Shown here piece by piece: positions 41,200-53,670 of a DNA stretch of 64,000 nt (positions are counted from its first letter, which is position 1; each line of letters opens with the position of its first letter). The position numbers and the translations under genes are program-made. The notes below the pieces were generated by a model. It did no database searches, had not been told where the DNA came from, and saw only the letters and a list, made by a program, of their open reading frames with translations. The stretch is taken from NCBI RefSeq assembly GCF_001194135.2, contig NC_068982.1, positions 99,859,176 to 99,923,175 on the forward strand, given 5' to 3'. The stretch is from Octopus bimaculoides (taxonomy: Eukaryota).

Positions 41200-41458
41200 T
41201 AGATAAATGTATAGACAGACAGATAGATAGATGACCAATCTCATTTAATTACTTGTATAGTCAATCAAACTGTACTGAGAGATGTCAGACCAAATGACTT
41301 GCATAGCTATATTATCATCAACTGTCCCAAGGGCAAAGAAGATGCTCTTGAAAAAAGCAAAAAAAAACAAAAAAAACTACAGAAGTAACAAATTGTTGAA
41401 CCAAGTTATGATTGTAACATTAATCTTAGTACTGTATGGATTCACACTCAACCACAAA

Positions 41459-41509
41459 ATATTCAGTCTGGGAACCCAAGTGAACAACTTGTGTTCCCAG
41501 ACTGAATAT
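41459..41509. other. Near-perfect 51-nt hairpin
   Basis: 17-bp perfect stem, one mismatch, 5 more bp (caagt/acttg), 5-nt loop. Confidence 0.95.
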
Positions 41510-41519
41510 GAGTGATCTA

Positions 41520-41930
41520 TAGATCAACCAATCAGCGTGAAGCTCTGGTGTGATATGGCTTCTCGGACGGGCTGAAATTCGCCTCCTCTTTATCCTACTT
41601 AAACAGTTTGGTGCCTAACTCACAGGCAGACCACCTTGGGCACTTGAAAGGACCACCATGGCATTCAGGCAGACCACCTCAGGCACTCAAGCAGACCACC
41701 TTGGGCACTCGGTAGGTAGCCAATTCGTCAACAGATGACTTACAGACAGGACAATTGTGTGGTATGGTGCAAAGTCTTGTTGCCAGACATAGGGTCTTCC
41801 AGCAGCTACCCTCTTGACTCAGGGCAGCACAACCTCCTCCAGGCACTTGATTTAGGCCTCTGTGTTGAGTCTGAGGCTATGTCTGTCAACGAATTGTCTG
41901 CATATGGGGCACTCAGGCAGACCACCTCAA
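41520..41930 (-). mobile_element. Tc1/maT-like transposase fragment interrupted by a ~22-bp minisatellite
   Basis: Minus strand LRLNTEA*IKCLEEVVLP*VKRVAAGRPYVWQQDFAPYH at ~41755-41875; repeat unit caggcagaccaccttgggcact at ~41623-41710 and 41908-41930. Confidence 0.75.
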
Positions 41931-42299
41931 GCAAGAAACAACTTCATACACTCACACACAGTATACCACAGCTAGCCTTCCAGAAGACACAGTGGAGTTC
42001 TCTCCTCTCAGCTGGTGGTTATTGTATCTGCATCTTTCTTTTCTAGGTAGCCAACACAAATCATGTCCATAAATAAATATTTTAAAAGTTCATGAATTTT
42101 CTTCCTTTATTATGCACACAGCCAGCCAGATTACACGATAGTGGTCTTCAACAATTCAATACACACCAACAAGCAACCACCCACATGACAGTAAAATGAT
42201 CAATCAACCACATGACAGTAAAATTGATTAAGAAGAGGATCCATTTAGTTGAGATGCAATTTAGAATTTTCTCAATTCAGTGTACTACTGGAGCTCTCT

Positions 42300-43556
42300 T
42301 TATTGTGAAACAGCAATGGAGAAGTTTCAAGCCAAAAGTAATTCTCTCTATCTTGCATTTGTTGAAATGGAGAAAGCTTTGAGAAGGTACACTGATCTAT
42401 AGGCTAGTTGTCTCTTAGAAAACTAGGAGTTCATGAATGATTGTGGACATGGCAGTGCAAGCCACATACAAAGATCCAGTTAGCAAAATGAGGATTGGTA
42501 ATGAATTCAGTGAGGAATTGGGAGTGCATGTAGGTGAACACCAAGCACATTTTTCAACCCCTTCCTATTTATTATTGTTCTCTAGGTCAAAACAGGAATT
42601 TTCAGATTGGCTGCCCATGGGGACTCTTCTATGATAATGACTAAGCTCTAATAGGGAAGACTGGAAGCTTTAGAGAAATAATCCCAGACATAGACACAAA
42701 ACCTAGAACGAAAAGGCTCCAGAGTACACTTAGCAAAGACTAAGGTTTTAGTAAACAGGGAAGAAGGCAGGACTCTGATACCATCAAAGAAATGGCCATG
42801 CTCAATATTCAGAAAAGTAGTGGGTAAAAGTTACTGATGGTGTATCCAATGTGATCTGACGAACAAGAAGTGTTGTGGAATCAAGACAGGCTAATAGTAA
42901 ATATAAACTTTACCTATGATAAGTATATAGGAGTAGTTAGCCCTCAAAGCACCAGTTAATAAATTCCTTGCAATGCTCAGAAGTAAATGATAGCTACTGT
43001 TATCTAGGCAACCTAAACAACCAGCAGTGAGGCAGGAGTGGTAAGCATAGTAGCCAGAATTAGAATAAGGTGGGAAAAGAGAAGTTATTTCCTTTGCTGA
43101 TAACAAAGTGATTCTGTGTCTGAGCAAAGGATAAGTTATACAATGCATGAATATGAACAGCAATGCTATATGGTATTGAGACTTGGACATTGGATGCAAG
43201 CATATACATCTGTTAGAAATGAATCAAGCATGATCCGTTGAATGAGTAATTTTAGTGTGCATGAGCAAGGCACAAATGTACTGAAAGGGAAACTGGATTA
43301 TGAATGGAATAAATTGTAATTTACAAGAATGACAGCGATACTGATATGGACATGTGTGTAGATTATGACAAATGACTGAAGAAGTGCCAGGAGATTCATG
43401 CAGAAGAAAGCACTGGAAGAGGAAGACTAAGGAAATGTTAAGAGCTGAACCTCACAAAGGAACACAACGAACAGTAGGATGCTGTGTTGGAGAGGATCCT
43501 TCCAATTCATGCAAGCAAAGAAAAGTAGATGTAAAAATGATAATGATGATAGTATA
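42300..43556 (+). mobile_element. 5'-truncated RTE-clade LINE
   Basis: LYLAFVEMEKA, AVQATYKDPVSKMRIGNEFSEELGVHVG, WPCSIFRK..C.QC...KKCCGI, YCYLG, AMLYGIETW; 3' tail ...aaagtagatgtaaaaatgataatgatgat. Confidence 0.92.
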
Positions 43557-44279
43557 ACTCTTTGATATGTTCTTATGCTGACTCCCTGAATTGATAATCA
43601 AAATTCTAGCCCTTGTCCTTTATTCATTAAATGTAAAAGTACCCAGTATGTTCTTTACTGTACTTTAAAATTTATTGAGAGCTGGAACATTTTTCCTTAA
43701 CACAAAATCCTCCTCTTTGCTCTGAGTTTATATTGTCATTTCATTAATACTAGATTTGATTTTCTGGGTGAAGATTAGTAGGATTGATATCTAATAGATA
43801 CACTTCTCTAATATTTGAGTTAACAAGAGAATCACAACCTGCTGGAAATAACTGCCAAATCTTCCTCATTACACCTTGACGTTTTCAAAAAAGAAAATGT
43901 GGGTAATATTACATTACATGATGTCATGACATAATACCACATTCACTAATCCTGAAAAAATGATGGGATGATCATGAATGGAATGTCTCTGCTCAGTCAG
44001 GATTGTGCAGGAGATAAACAACCAGCCAGTAAATGTCTGGTTATAGAAAATCAAGAAATTAGTTTTATTGCATGAGTGTCTCAACATAAATATTTATCTT
44101 TATGATTGATTGTTGAACAAAATACTTCATAGTTTTTAGCTGTGGCCTTTCATGTTTTCAGCTTAAATCCTATTGAGGTCAACTTCGTCTTTAATTGTTC
44201 CATAGTCTATAAAATAAAGTACTAGCCAAATGAATACTGAAGCAATTTATATTCCTAAAATGCATCCTAATTATGAATG

Positions 44280-46110
44280 GAATTATAAAAGACAAATAGC
44301 ATCCAACTATTTGTCATCGGTATTAATAGTTTCTGTCAGCTTTCCAATTACTAAAAGAAGTTGAACAGATTGACTATACAGCTTCCACAGCTAACTATAA
44401 TCAAGTCCTGATTATTTTTCATTCATCTTTAATTTTGATCACTGTCGTTATTTTACTCAAAAAATTTCAATACTTTTTTCAACTTTGTACTCAGCTACCA
44501 AGGGTCTCATTTTTTTTTATTTTATAAAAACTTAGTAGGCTTCATCCATTCCAGATTAGCTTTTAAATTAGATTCTTCTCTTTTTATGACTTTCTCAATG
44601 GCATTAATAATATAAATGTTCACATTAACTTCAGCTATAAATTTGAAACTTGGTTACACCCAATTCATTGACCAATTAGCTATTGCTCTACTGCCAAGTT
44701 AGTTGCTAAATATTTATAAACTTCCATATTCTAAGTTAAAAACATTTTTTTAAAAATTCTAAATCGTGTGCCCCAAATTCAGGTCTTAATTTACCCAAGC
44801 TTTAAAGCTTCTCCTTTTCTTCAAACATCTGTCCTGAATCACGCAGACATGTTCCATTATAAAAAAAATGTTAGGCTTCTGTTCTCATCACAACTTGAAG
44901 TAATTATTAAAAGCCATATAGTGTCTAATGTAATTTATTTAAAAATCAAGCTGCTAATTAACAATTGTTGGTATTCTTTGTGCTAATTTTTGTCATAAAC
45001 TCCAAATCTAAATGGAGTACATTTATATGTTTGACAGTTATTGAATGTCCTATCTGTTGGGGTTGAGTAGCAAACAATTTATTTTGGAAACAAGTGAGAT
45101 AATTGTGAAGGTAGAAACATTAGTTTATTGCAGTAAAATGTTCACAGTGCTTCATGTGACAAAAAAGTGGTAAGCACATTGCAGCATAATCAGTGATTAC
45201 CCAGTAAGTGATAGACATACATGGTTTGAGTCCCTGCAGTGGACCTGTTGTTATTTTTCTCTCCCAAATTAGTGTGTATGTCTTTTACTATAGCCTGAAG
45301 CTGACTGAGTAATACCATGTGATTGAAATTAACAGACAGGAACTGTATGAAAGGCCCTTGTGTGTACATGTATGTGTATGTGGGTGCAAGAGAGTGAGAG
45401 AGAGTGTGTATATGTGCATGTGTAGGTTGTGTGTATATATGTGTGTATGTGTGTATGAGTTTAATCTTCATATGTCCTCACATAGACATCATTTGTGTGA
45501 TAGTAATGGTGACTTGATAAATGTATCAGCCAAATCTCCAGCAAATGCTTAAACGTCTTTAAAATGAAACCTCATTCCAGGTTCTGATTCCTAAAACAGT
45601 ATATCCACAATATTTATAAGCTCATCCCCTCCTAGAATGTTGATCATATCGTGAAGTCTCCTGCAAAGTAAACAACCAAAGATCTTATATCTACATAGAT
45701 TGAAGATTGAAGATATCAATTACTTTTACACATACTGTTAGTTGCTTCTGTGCTATATGTCTTCAACATAGTTGACCAGAGATATGCTGAACAAAACCAT
45801 TTCCTTATTAAAAATACTCACCCTTACAGTAATCTCTGCTTCCTCTAATGATACTACAATATAATTTCCCCTTCAAATTTGTTGACTTTGTTGCACTTCT
45901 CATCAATCCTACCTTTGGCACCCTCATCACCCTCGATACTCCGCTTTTTGTTTCAACTCAACACTGTACATAAAATACAATACCTCATTATAACCTATGT
46001 CTGTTCCTGCAACACTTGTTCCTACAGATTTTTCAAGTTCTGTGTAAATTGTACCAAACTCACTTGACTATAGCTGATCTGAAAGGACACAACAATACAA
46101 AAACGCAACA
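44280..46110 (-). pseudogene. Unidentified decayed coding-like remnant with residual splice sites (intron-bearing transposase or host pseudogene)
   Basis: Protein-like but stop-riddled minus frames (RLHDMINILGGDELINIVDILF*; AFAGDLADTFIKSPLL; SIEGDEGAKGRIDEKCNKVNKFEGEIIL*) with good acceptors at ~45661 and ~46078 and gtgagt donors at ~45820 and ~46060. Confidence 0.3.
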
Positions 46111-47644
46111 ACTATAGACACACTCCCAATTCTATGTTTTAATTGATGTACTAAAAAAAAAAACTTTCAACTAGAACTATAAATGCATGAGAAGAAAAAA
46201 AATGGTTAAAATGAAAAATAGTAAATTAAATTTTCCTCATTTGCTTTCAAACAAAAGCTTTTTGATAAAACCAATTGCATATTACTATCCTGCTTTTATA
46301 TGTCTCAGTAAATTTCTAATTAATGTTTTAAAAATCAATTAGTTAACCCTTTCATTACCATATTTCTGTTGAGATACACTGTTTTTGTTTCAATTAATTT
46401 TGAAAATAATGAAGTATTTAGGAAAGTATATTTGTCATTATATATCTGATGTTTGGAACAAAGATTAACATGAAATCTTAATGGTAGATTTTAATTTAGA
46501 TCACTTTAAAACCAGAAGTTGGTATCATGGAACCAAGGATGATCTCAAGCAAGTTTCCTCATTTTAAGGTTGATTTTTAAAAAATATATATATGTATTAT
46601 AAATTAGTCTGTGGAGAAAGGGAAATGCCTGAACACTTTTTGCAAGATCTCTCAAATTGATTAGATTGATGTGGTTGACATTCAGTTTACACAACTGTAC
46701 TGCATTGTTGTCTGTAAGAGAAACATAGAGGAAGGGAATTCCATAGAGTTACAATTCTGGTAAAGGAGAGAGGTTCAGGAAAACGATTTCATACAGTTAT
46801 TAGAAGAGATGGGAGAAAGGATGGAGACTGTATGCAAACAAATAGTTCAGAGGCTGTTGTAGTAGCAACATTTAATTAGCAATGTAAACCCACCCATTCA
46901 CAACAGTATAGTATATCTAGAGTGTGCTGTAACTTCATTATTCTGAAGAATATTTAATTAGATATAAATTGAGATTATAGTTGACTTATTTTCAGGATCT
47001 TCCTTCTGCATCATCACCATTTTATTGACCATTTTTTCATGTCAGCATGAGTTAGATGGATATGCCACTTCTCTTTATCCTGTGTCATTTGTGAAGCCCA
47101 ACACTTTCAGATCTGATCTCTCTACATATTTCCATAGTGACCTTCTGTGTAAGGTACTCATATCATCCACTATTGGCATATAACATTTGCATCCATAGTC
47201 CATATAATTGCATTCATAGTCTATTCACATTCCATCTCCATTCTGATAAGCACATTTTTTTTTAAGCACACTTTTTTAACCTTGAGAAAAGAAAACCGTT
47301 GGAAAACAGTTTATAGCAGAGACTCCAGCAAAGAAGATCTGAAGAAGAAATTGTAATTCCGAAATATCATCGGAATATAGATAACCAAATTACAACAGGT
47401 ATATAGTCCATTGTTTGTTCTATAGTGCATTGTCGTACTATTCTAAACTTTTTATTTGATAATTTTATTATGGTCCTAAATGAATTAGAATCACTGACAA
47501 TGTGTTGCTAATCCACAGATTTCCAAATGGCACCAGTACCAAAGTAAATTCATTGCATTTTATTTAGATGGGTTTCTTATTTCAATCATCACTCAACTTT
47601 GTCTTTGAGTCTTCTGGGATTTATTGAATAAAGTATCAAACAAA

Positions 47645-47830
47645 TATTGGTTTCAAATTTTGGCACAAAGCCAGCAATTTTGGGAGAGGGACCATGTTGG
47701 CTCGATTGACCCCAGTGCTCAACTGGTACTTATTTCATTGACCCCGAAAGGATGAAAGACTAAGTTGACCCTGGTAGATTTGAACTCAAAATGTAAGAAT
47801 GGATGAAATGCCACTAAGCATTTTGCCCAG
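47645..47830 (-). mobile_element. SINE family A
   Basis: Same motifs as the 15-18 kb copies. Confidence 0.85.
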
Positions 47831-49375
47831 CATGCTCACTGCTTTACAGTATCAATTAAAAATTAGTGTCAATATAATTGGCTGTTCCTTCTCCTCCTCA
47901 GATTTGTGCTCCTATACCTAAGTTAGATATCATTATTTTAATTCATTTAAATATTCCATGTATGCAAAAATGCAAAACACTAAAATCTAACCTCCATGTT
48001 GAAAATATTTATTATTAACATCGTTATTGAAACTATTATTATTTATCTAGGAACAGTTAATGTGTTAGTGTCATGAAGGGACAATATGAATGAGAAGAGT
48101 TTGTTATGACTCCCAAATCACTTTCAGAAGAGAGACATGAGTAGCAGAGGATTACAAAAGGGATTGTGTAGCTACAAAACACTCAACTACTTGTGACTCT
48201 GCTGCTCTGCTCTCGTATCACTTGAATTTTAATTTCTGCTGTACAGGTTAATAAGTTGGGATGGGGTTGGGTTCTGTGTCACAATCAAAGTCACAGTCAA
48301 TTCTTGTAGTAGGATATGAACTTATAAGTTGATAGTTTGAAATCTTACTTACAAAGCCATTGTGTTTATTTAAATCACTTTTCATTGAGTGCTGTTACGT
48401 GGTGCGTTTATACAGTTTTATAAACTTACCTAATGTTGATATTTGTTTGAAATGTCCTTCTGTATCTCCTTTCATTGACTCAAAACTTCAGATCAAGGAA
48501 TGTCATATGAGAACTGCACTTCACTTACCTTTATGTACATTCTGATTGAAAATGAGATTAAAAAAAAAACACACTAAATGTATTATATTGAAAAAAAAAA
48601 CTGACAGGAGACCAAATTAATGGTGTTTGATTTATTTTAAAACTGCACATGCAACAGAAGACTGATTTCATTGGTCATCAACTAGAAACCTTTTACATAG
48701 AGTGTTTACAGTGATATAACAAACTTTTATCCTTTGTGTACACAATACTTGAATGAAGTAGGTCAGTTCAGTGAAAAATAACTAACATATTGAAGAATAC
48801 TTTAGAATTATAAAAAAAAAAAGGACAAGAAATTTAGGACACCTTTCCTAATACAACAGGACATTACTAACAAGCTGAATCATAACTTGTAAGTTACTCA
48901 ACTATAAAAACAATTCATATTCTGAATCCAAACCCTACCAAGATCACTCCCTTTACTTTCCCTTTATCTGTGGTGAATAAAATACTCATCAAGTCCTGGG
49001 AGTTGATTCAAAACTCATATCAAGCATCCTAAAATATGAATGGAATTAAAATAGAAGCTTGATCCAATCCACCATTAGATTTCCATATTGTCATTGTTGC
49101 TCATAGAACTAAATATCTAACGTTTATTTGCTTTGCAACCTTCACAAACATCCATATACTATATTTTTCATGACTACAACTTTATGTTGATGGAAATATT
49201 CATCATTCAGTAGCCTCTTCATACAACAATAAATATACTCTCTCACTTTTGACTTGTGTGACATGTGACCATCCACAGTTACACCCAACTAGTTATGGCC
49301 ATGCATAAAATAAATTCAAATATTCTTTTACACTGCATAGAAATTTTCTATCCACAATACAAAAGTTAGTACCTT

Positions 49376-50667
49376 TGTAAGGGACGACCGTGCGAACTCA
49401 AAAAGGAGAAATGGTGACGAATGGTAAAACAGAGGACTCCTTTTATTTAAACGCGTCACACGGTCGAACACACAGTAATATATATCGAAGATGATATACT
49501 AATATGTTATGCGACGATAACATAGATGACCAGCAATGAAAGACCACAACCGTATTAGATGAATAACAGAGATATTTATTGTAGCGTTAAAGATGTATGT
49601 CTGTGTGAGAGTGTGAATGCGACATAAAAGAACATAATCAAAGACAGGCCGTCATACAAAGAAAAGTGTGTATGTGAGTGATACATGTGTGAGTTATTAC
49701 AGCAGATGGAAAGAGAGTCAATATNNNNNNNNNNNNNNNNNNNNNNNNNNNNNNNNNNNNNNNNNNNNNNNNNNNNNNNNNNNNNNNNNNNNNNNNNNNN
49801 NNNNNNNNNNNNNNNNNNNNNNNNNNNNNNNNNNNNNNNNNNNNNNNNNNNNNNNNNNNNNNNNNNNNNNNNNNNNNNNNNNNNNNNNNNNNNNNNNNNN
49901 NNNNNNNNNNNNNNNNNNNNNNNNNNNNNNNNNNNNNNNNNNNNNNNNNNNNNNNNNNNNNNNNNNNNNNNNNNNNNNNNNNNNNNNNNNNNNNNNNNNN
50001 NNNNNNNNNNNNNNNNNNNNNNNNNNNNNNNNNNNNNNNNNNNNNNNNNNNNNNNNNNNNNNNNNNNNNNNNNNNNNNNNNNNNNNNNNNNNNNNNNNNN
50101 NNNNNNNNNNNNNNNNNNNNNNNNNNNNNNNNNNNNNNNNNNNNNNNNNNNNNNNNNNNNNNNNNNNNNNNNNNNNNNNNNNNNNNNNNNNNNNNNNNNN
50201 NNNNNNNNNNNNNNNNNNNNNNNNNNNNNNNNNNNNNNNNNNNNNNNNNNNNNNNNNNNNNNNNNNNNNNNNNNNNNNNNNNNNNNNNNNNNNNNNNNNN
50301 NNNNNNNNNNNNNNNNNNNNNNNNNNNNNNNNNNNNNNNNNNNNNNNNNNNNNNNNNNNNNNNNNNNNNNNNNNNNNNNNNNNNNNNNNNNNNNNNNNNN
50401 NNNNNNNNNNNNNNNNNNNNNNNNNNNNNNNNNNNNNNNNNNNNNNNNNNNNNNNNNNNNNNNNNNNNNNNNNNNNNNNNNNNNNNNNNNNNNNNNNNNN
50501 NNNNNNNNNNNNNNNNNNNNNNNNNNNNGAAGTTGCCGATTCGAATAATAATCAGTCACGTGATGACAAGGAATGGGTTCTCTACTACGCTCGCATTTAT
50601 TTATATTTAAATGAGAAGAATGGCGATAGCAGTTTTGTATCTAATGGCTGTAGGTAGTTTCACTACA
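49376..50667. mobile_element. Young solo LTR (or collapsed LTR element) spanning gap 49725-50529
   Basis: TGTAA...CTACA termini, 4-bp TSD CCTT (49372-49375 and 50668-50671), CpG-rich interior, minus-strand AATAAA at ~49575-49580. Confidence 0.8.
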
Positions 50668-50799
50668 CCTTCCAGCATCAGCATCCCATTTTCTCTGAGT
50701 GTTAGCAATACTTTTGCAGTCATATCACAAGTAGCTCATTAAGCTTCTACACATTTATCACCCCTAACATGTATGAAAGGTGAATTAGTCCATTTTCTA

Positions 50800-51020
50800 A
50801 TAATCCTTTCTATTATAGGCACAAGGCCTGAAATTTTGGGGAAAGGGATAAGTCGGTTACATCGACCCCAGTGCTCAAGTGGTATTTATTTTATCGACCC
50901 TGAAAGGATGAAAGGTAAAGTCAACCCTGGCAGAATTTGAACTCAGAACATAAAGACAGATGAAATGCTGCTTAGCATTTTGCCCAGCATGCTACTGATT
51001 CTGCCAGCTTGCCACCTTAA
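50800..51020 (-). mobile_element. SINE family A
   Basis: tttctattataggcacaaggcctgaaattttgggg...ccagcttgccacctt. Confidence 0.88.
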
Positions 51021-51059
51021 TCCATTTTATAATAATGCAGTGGTAAACAGAGTAAATAG

Positions 51060-51430
51060 CATGACTTGGAAGATTAAATGAAAGAAGTAGCAAAAAAATG
51101 GGAAAATAGAAATGCTATCCCACATGCTATAAGCCAAAAAGGGTTTGGCCACCATGTAACTTATAAAAAGCAGAAGTGACAGGAACCTAGCAATGATATA
51201 AAATTACCTCCACCGACTAAAGAGGGAATCAAACCGACTTGGGAATCAAGTTAAAACCACATTAACTTATGCTAAATAGCCAGAACAGAACTAGATCATA
51301 AGTTGGAAACCTCAACTTTATTTCTCTTCATACCAGCCATTCTTCTGAGATATAAATTAACATATGTTCAAGTTAAACTTCTGATGAGCTTTACTCATGA
51401 AACTTCAGGAATATTCCTAACCACTGTATC
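51060..51430 (+). mobile_element. Possible Penelope-like 3' remnant
   Basis: Decayed coding-like tract ending in ctgatgagctttactcatgaaac, a hammerhead-like terminal motif. Confidence 0.4.
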
Positions 51431-51487
51431 GAAGCAAGTCTGTCTTACACACAATTCAGTGTATTTGGCTATACATATATATGTCGA

Positions 51488-51777
51488 TGCCAGTGCTCCC
51501 AATTGGCTTCTGTGCCAGTGGCACATAAAAAGCACAATCTGAATGTGATCGATGCCAAGGCCACCTAACTGGATCCTGTGCCGGTGGCACATAAAAAGCA
51601 CCCACTACACTCTCAGAGTGGTTGGCATTAGGAAGGGCGTCCAGCTGTAGAAACATTGCCAGATCAGATTGGAGCCTGGTGCAGCTGCTGGCGTTCCAGA
51701 CCTAAGTCAAACCGTCCAACCCATGCCAGCATGGAAAACAGACGTTAAACAACGACGAGGATGATGATGATGATGAA
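51488..51777 (+). mobile_element. RTE-tailed non-autonomous element (family D)
   Basis: Duplicated ctgtgcc.gtggcacataaaaagcac head, ggttggcattaggaagggcgtccagctgtagaaac, tail ccatgccagcatggaaaacagacgttaaac..(GAT)n. Confidence 0.85.
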
Positions 51778-53204
51778 TGTATGTATACATGCACAGAAAA
51801 AAATGGATATACAGTTTTTAACTTTATTGTGCATTTTCATCCATCTTTTGTTTATAAAATATAACTTGTATGGAAACACCAAACCACTTTTCAACACACA
51901 CATACACACGCACACACATTCCTACTAATGTTATGGTTATGTTCTTTTTCTGACTATTCTTTTATCTACCACATTATACAGTTTTAATTGTTTGGTCTGA
52001 AATGACCACCTGATGATGAAAGATCCATAAATATCCTCAGTGCTACTGATCAAAATAGTTTTTGTGAATATAATTCAATGATTTAGTCTATATTGGTCTT
52101 TTAGTGTTTTTAGAATATATAGAATTTCTTCTACGTCCTATCTTTCTGTTCATCTAATCATTTCCCTCCATAATCACGTACATACCATTCCACTTTTCTA
52201 CCTAAGTATTTTCATCTTCACTCATGTACTTCAACAAAAGCATTTAAATATTTTAGGTTGATGGAAAGCCATTTGATCACAATAGACTGACCATATATAT
52301 TTTCTAATAAATAGGGTTAAAAATAGGAAATGACACTGAAGTAAAATGTTTTAGAAAAACCCCCAAAGCCAGTCGTGCCTTACAGTGTAGACTCAAAAAC
52401 AAAAACTGATGAAGTTTATGATATACATATGTGAAGAGTGTTAAGGTTTGTGTGAAACGGAAGTTTACGTGCATGATGAAACAATATATTTATATGCAAC
52501 ACACCTTCTGTTACTGATAATATTAAAGACACCTGGATTTTTTTTCAGTAATGTTTATTGCAGGATACAGATTATAAAGTGGGATAGTTTATGGATAGAT
52601 CTTACAAACATATATACAACATGATCAGCTAAGAAACACAATACAATAGACAAGAGTAGGAGATATAAGCATTTTAGCCAAGAGATACAAAAAAAAAAAA
52701 AAAAAACCGAAGAAGCGCAAGTGTAAGGTTACAGAAGTAATGAAGGTTTAGTAATAACTGAGTGGAATGGCTTGATCAGCAGTGAATGTAGCAAATAGAG
52801 AAACTGAATGAAAGTACTTTCTTTTTTTTTTTCTATGCGTTAAAGGAGAGAAGATGAAAGACGTGTTGAAGGATTACAAGAAAACTGAGAAGAATGAGCT
52901 GAAATATTACGGGTGTGATATGTGCGTAATGAGAGTGGAAAAGTTAACTATTACCACTTAGTGAAAGAACGAGTGGATTGTAAACATCAGTTGTGAATGA
53001 AGAATTTGCGTGGGGTGAAAGTAGTTTGTTTCTAGTAAATCCAGTGAGGAAGACGTCATTACAAGTTATCACTAAATTGGTAACTGAACTAATTGTGTTG
53101 TGAAACACAAAGCTTGCTGTTTGGTTGGTTTATAACGTTAAGAAGTGCTGCAGGCTGAATGGATTTAGACTCTACAAAGCCAGTGCACCAGTTGTGGCGA
53201 TAAT

Positions 53205-53670
53205 GACAGTAATGGCAGCAGTGGCAAAATGGCAACAATGACATTATGTTCATCATTGTCATCATCGTCACCATCATCATCATCATCGTCGTCGTCGTCG
53301 TCGTCGTCATCACTACTACCATCACTGCTGTTCCTGACACCACCATCACTGCCATCCCATTGCTGCTGCCATTGCCGCTGCCACCACCAAAACCACCACC
53401 ACCACCACCACCACCACCATCATCATCATTTACATAACCAGGTTATAAACTATGGATTCCAGTTCTGATACTATTCTTTAAATAATGTCTATATTTTCAA
53501 ATATGTTTAAGTGTTTTGTAAAAACTGTTGTTAACATCATCTGTTTCATTATTGCTGTCGTTTTCATCTTCATCATTGTCCTCCTCCTCCCTTCCCCCCT
53601 CATCATCATCGTCATCGCCAATGTCGTCGTCATCATCATCATCATCATTATCAATAACATAAAAAATAAT
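53205..53670. repeat. Mixed trinucleotide low-complexity blocks (CAT/GTC/CAC/CCT)
   Basis: Direct reading; generates poly-H/P/S/V/I ORFs in several frames. Confidence 0.85.
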
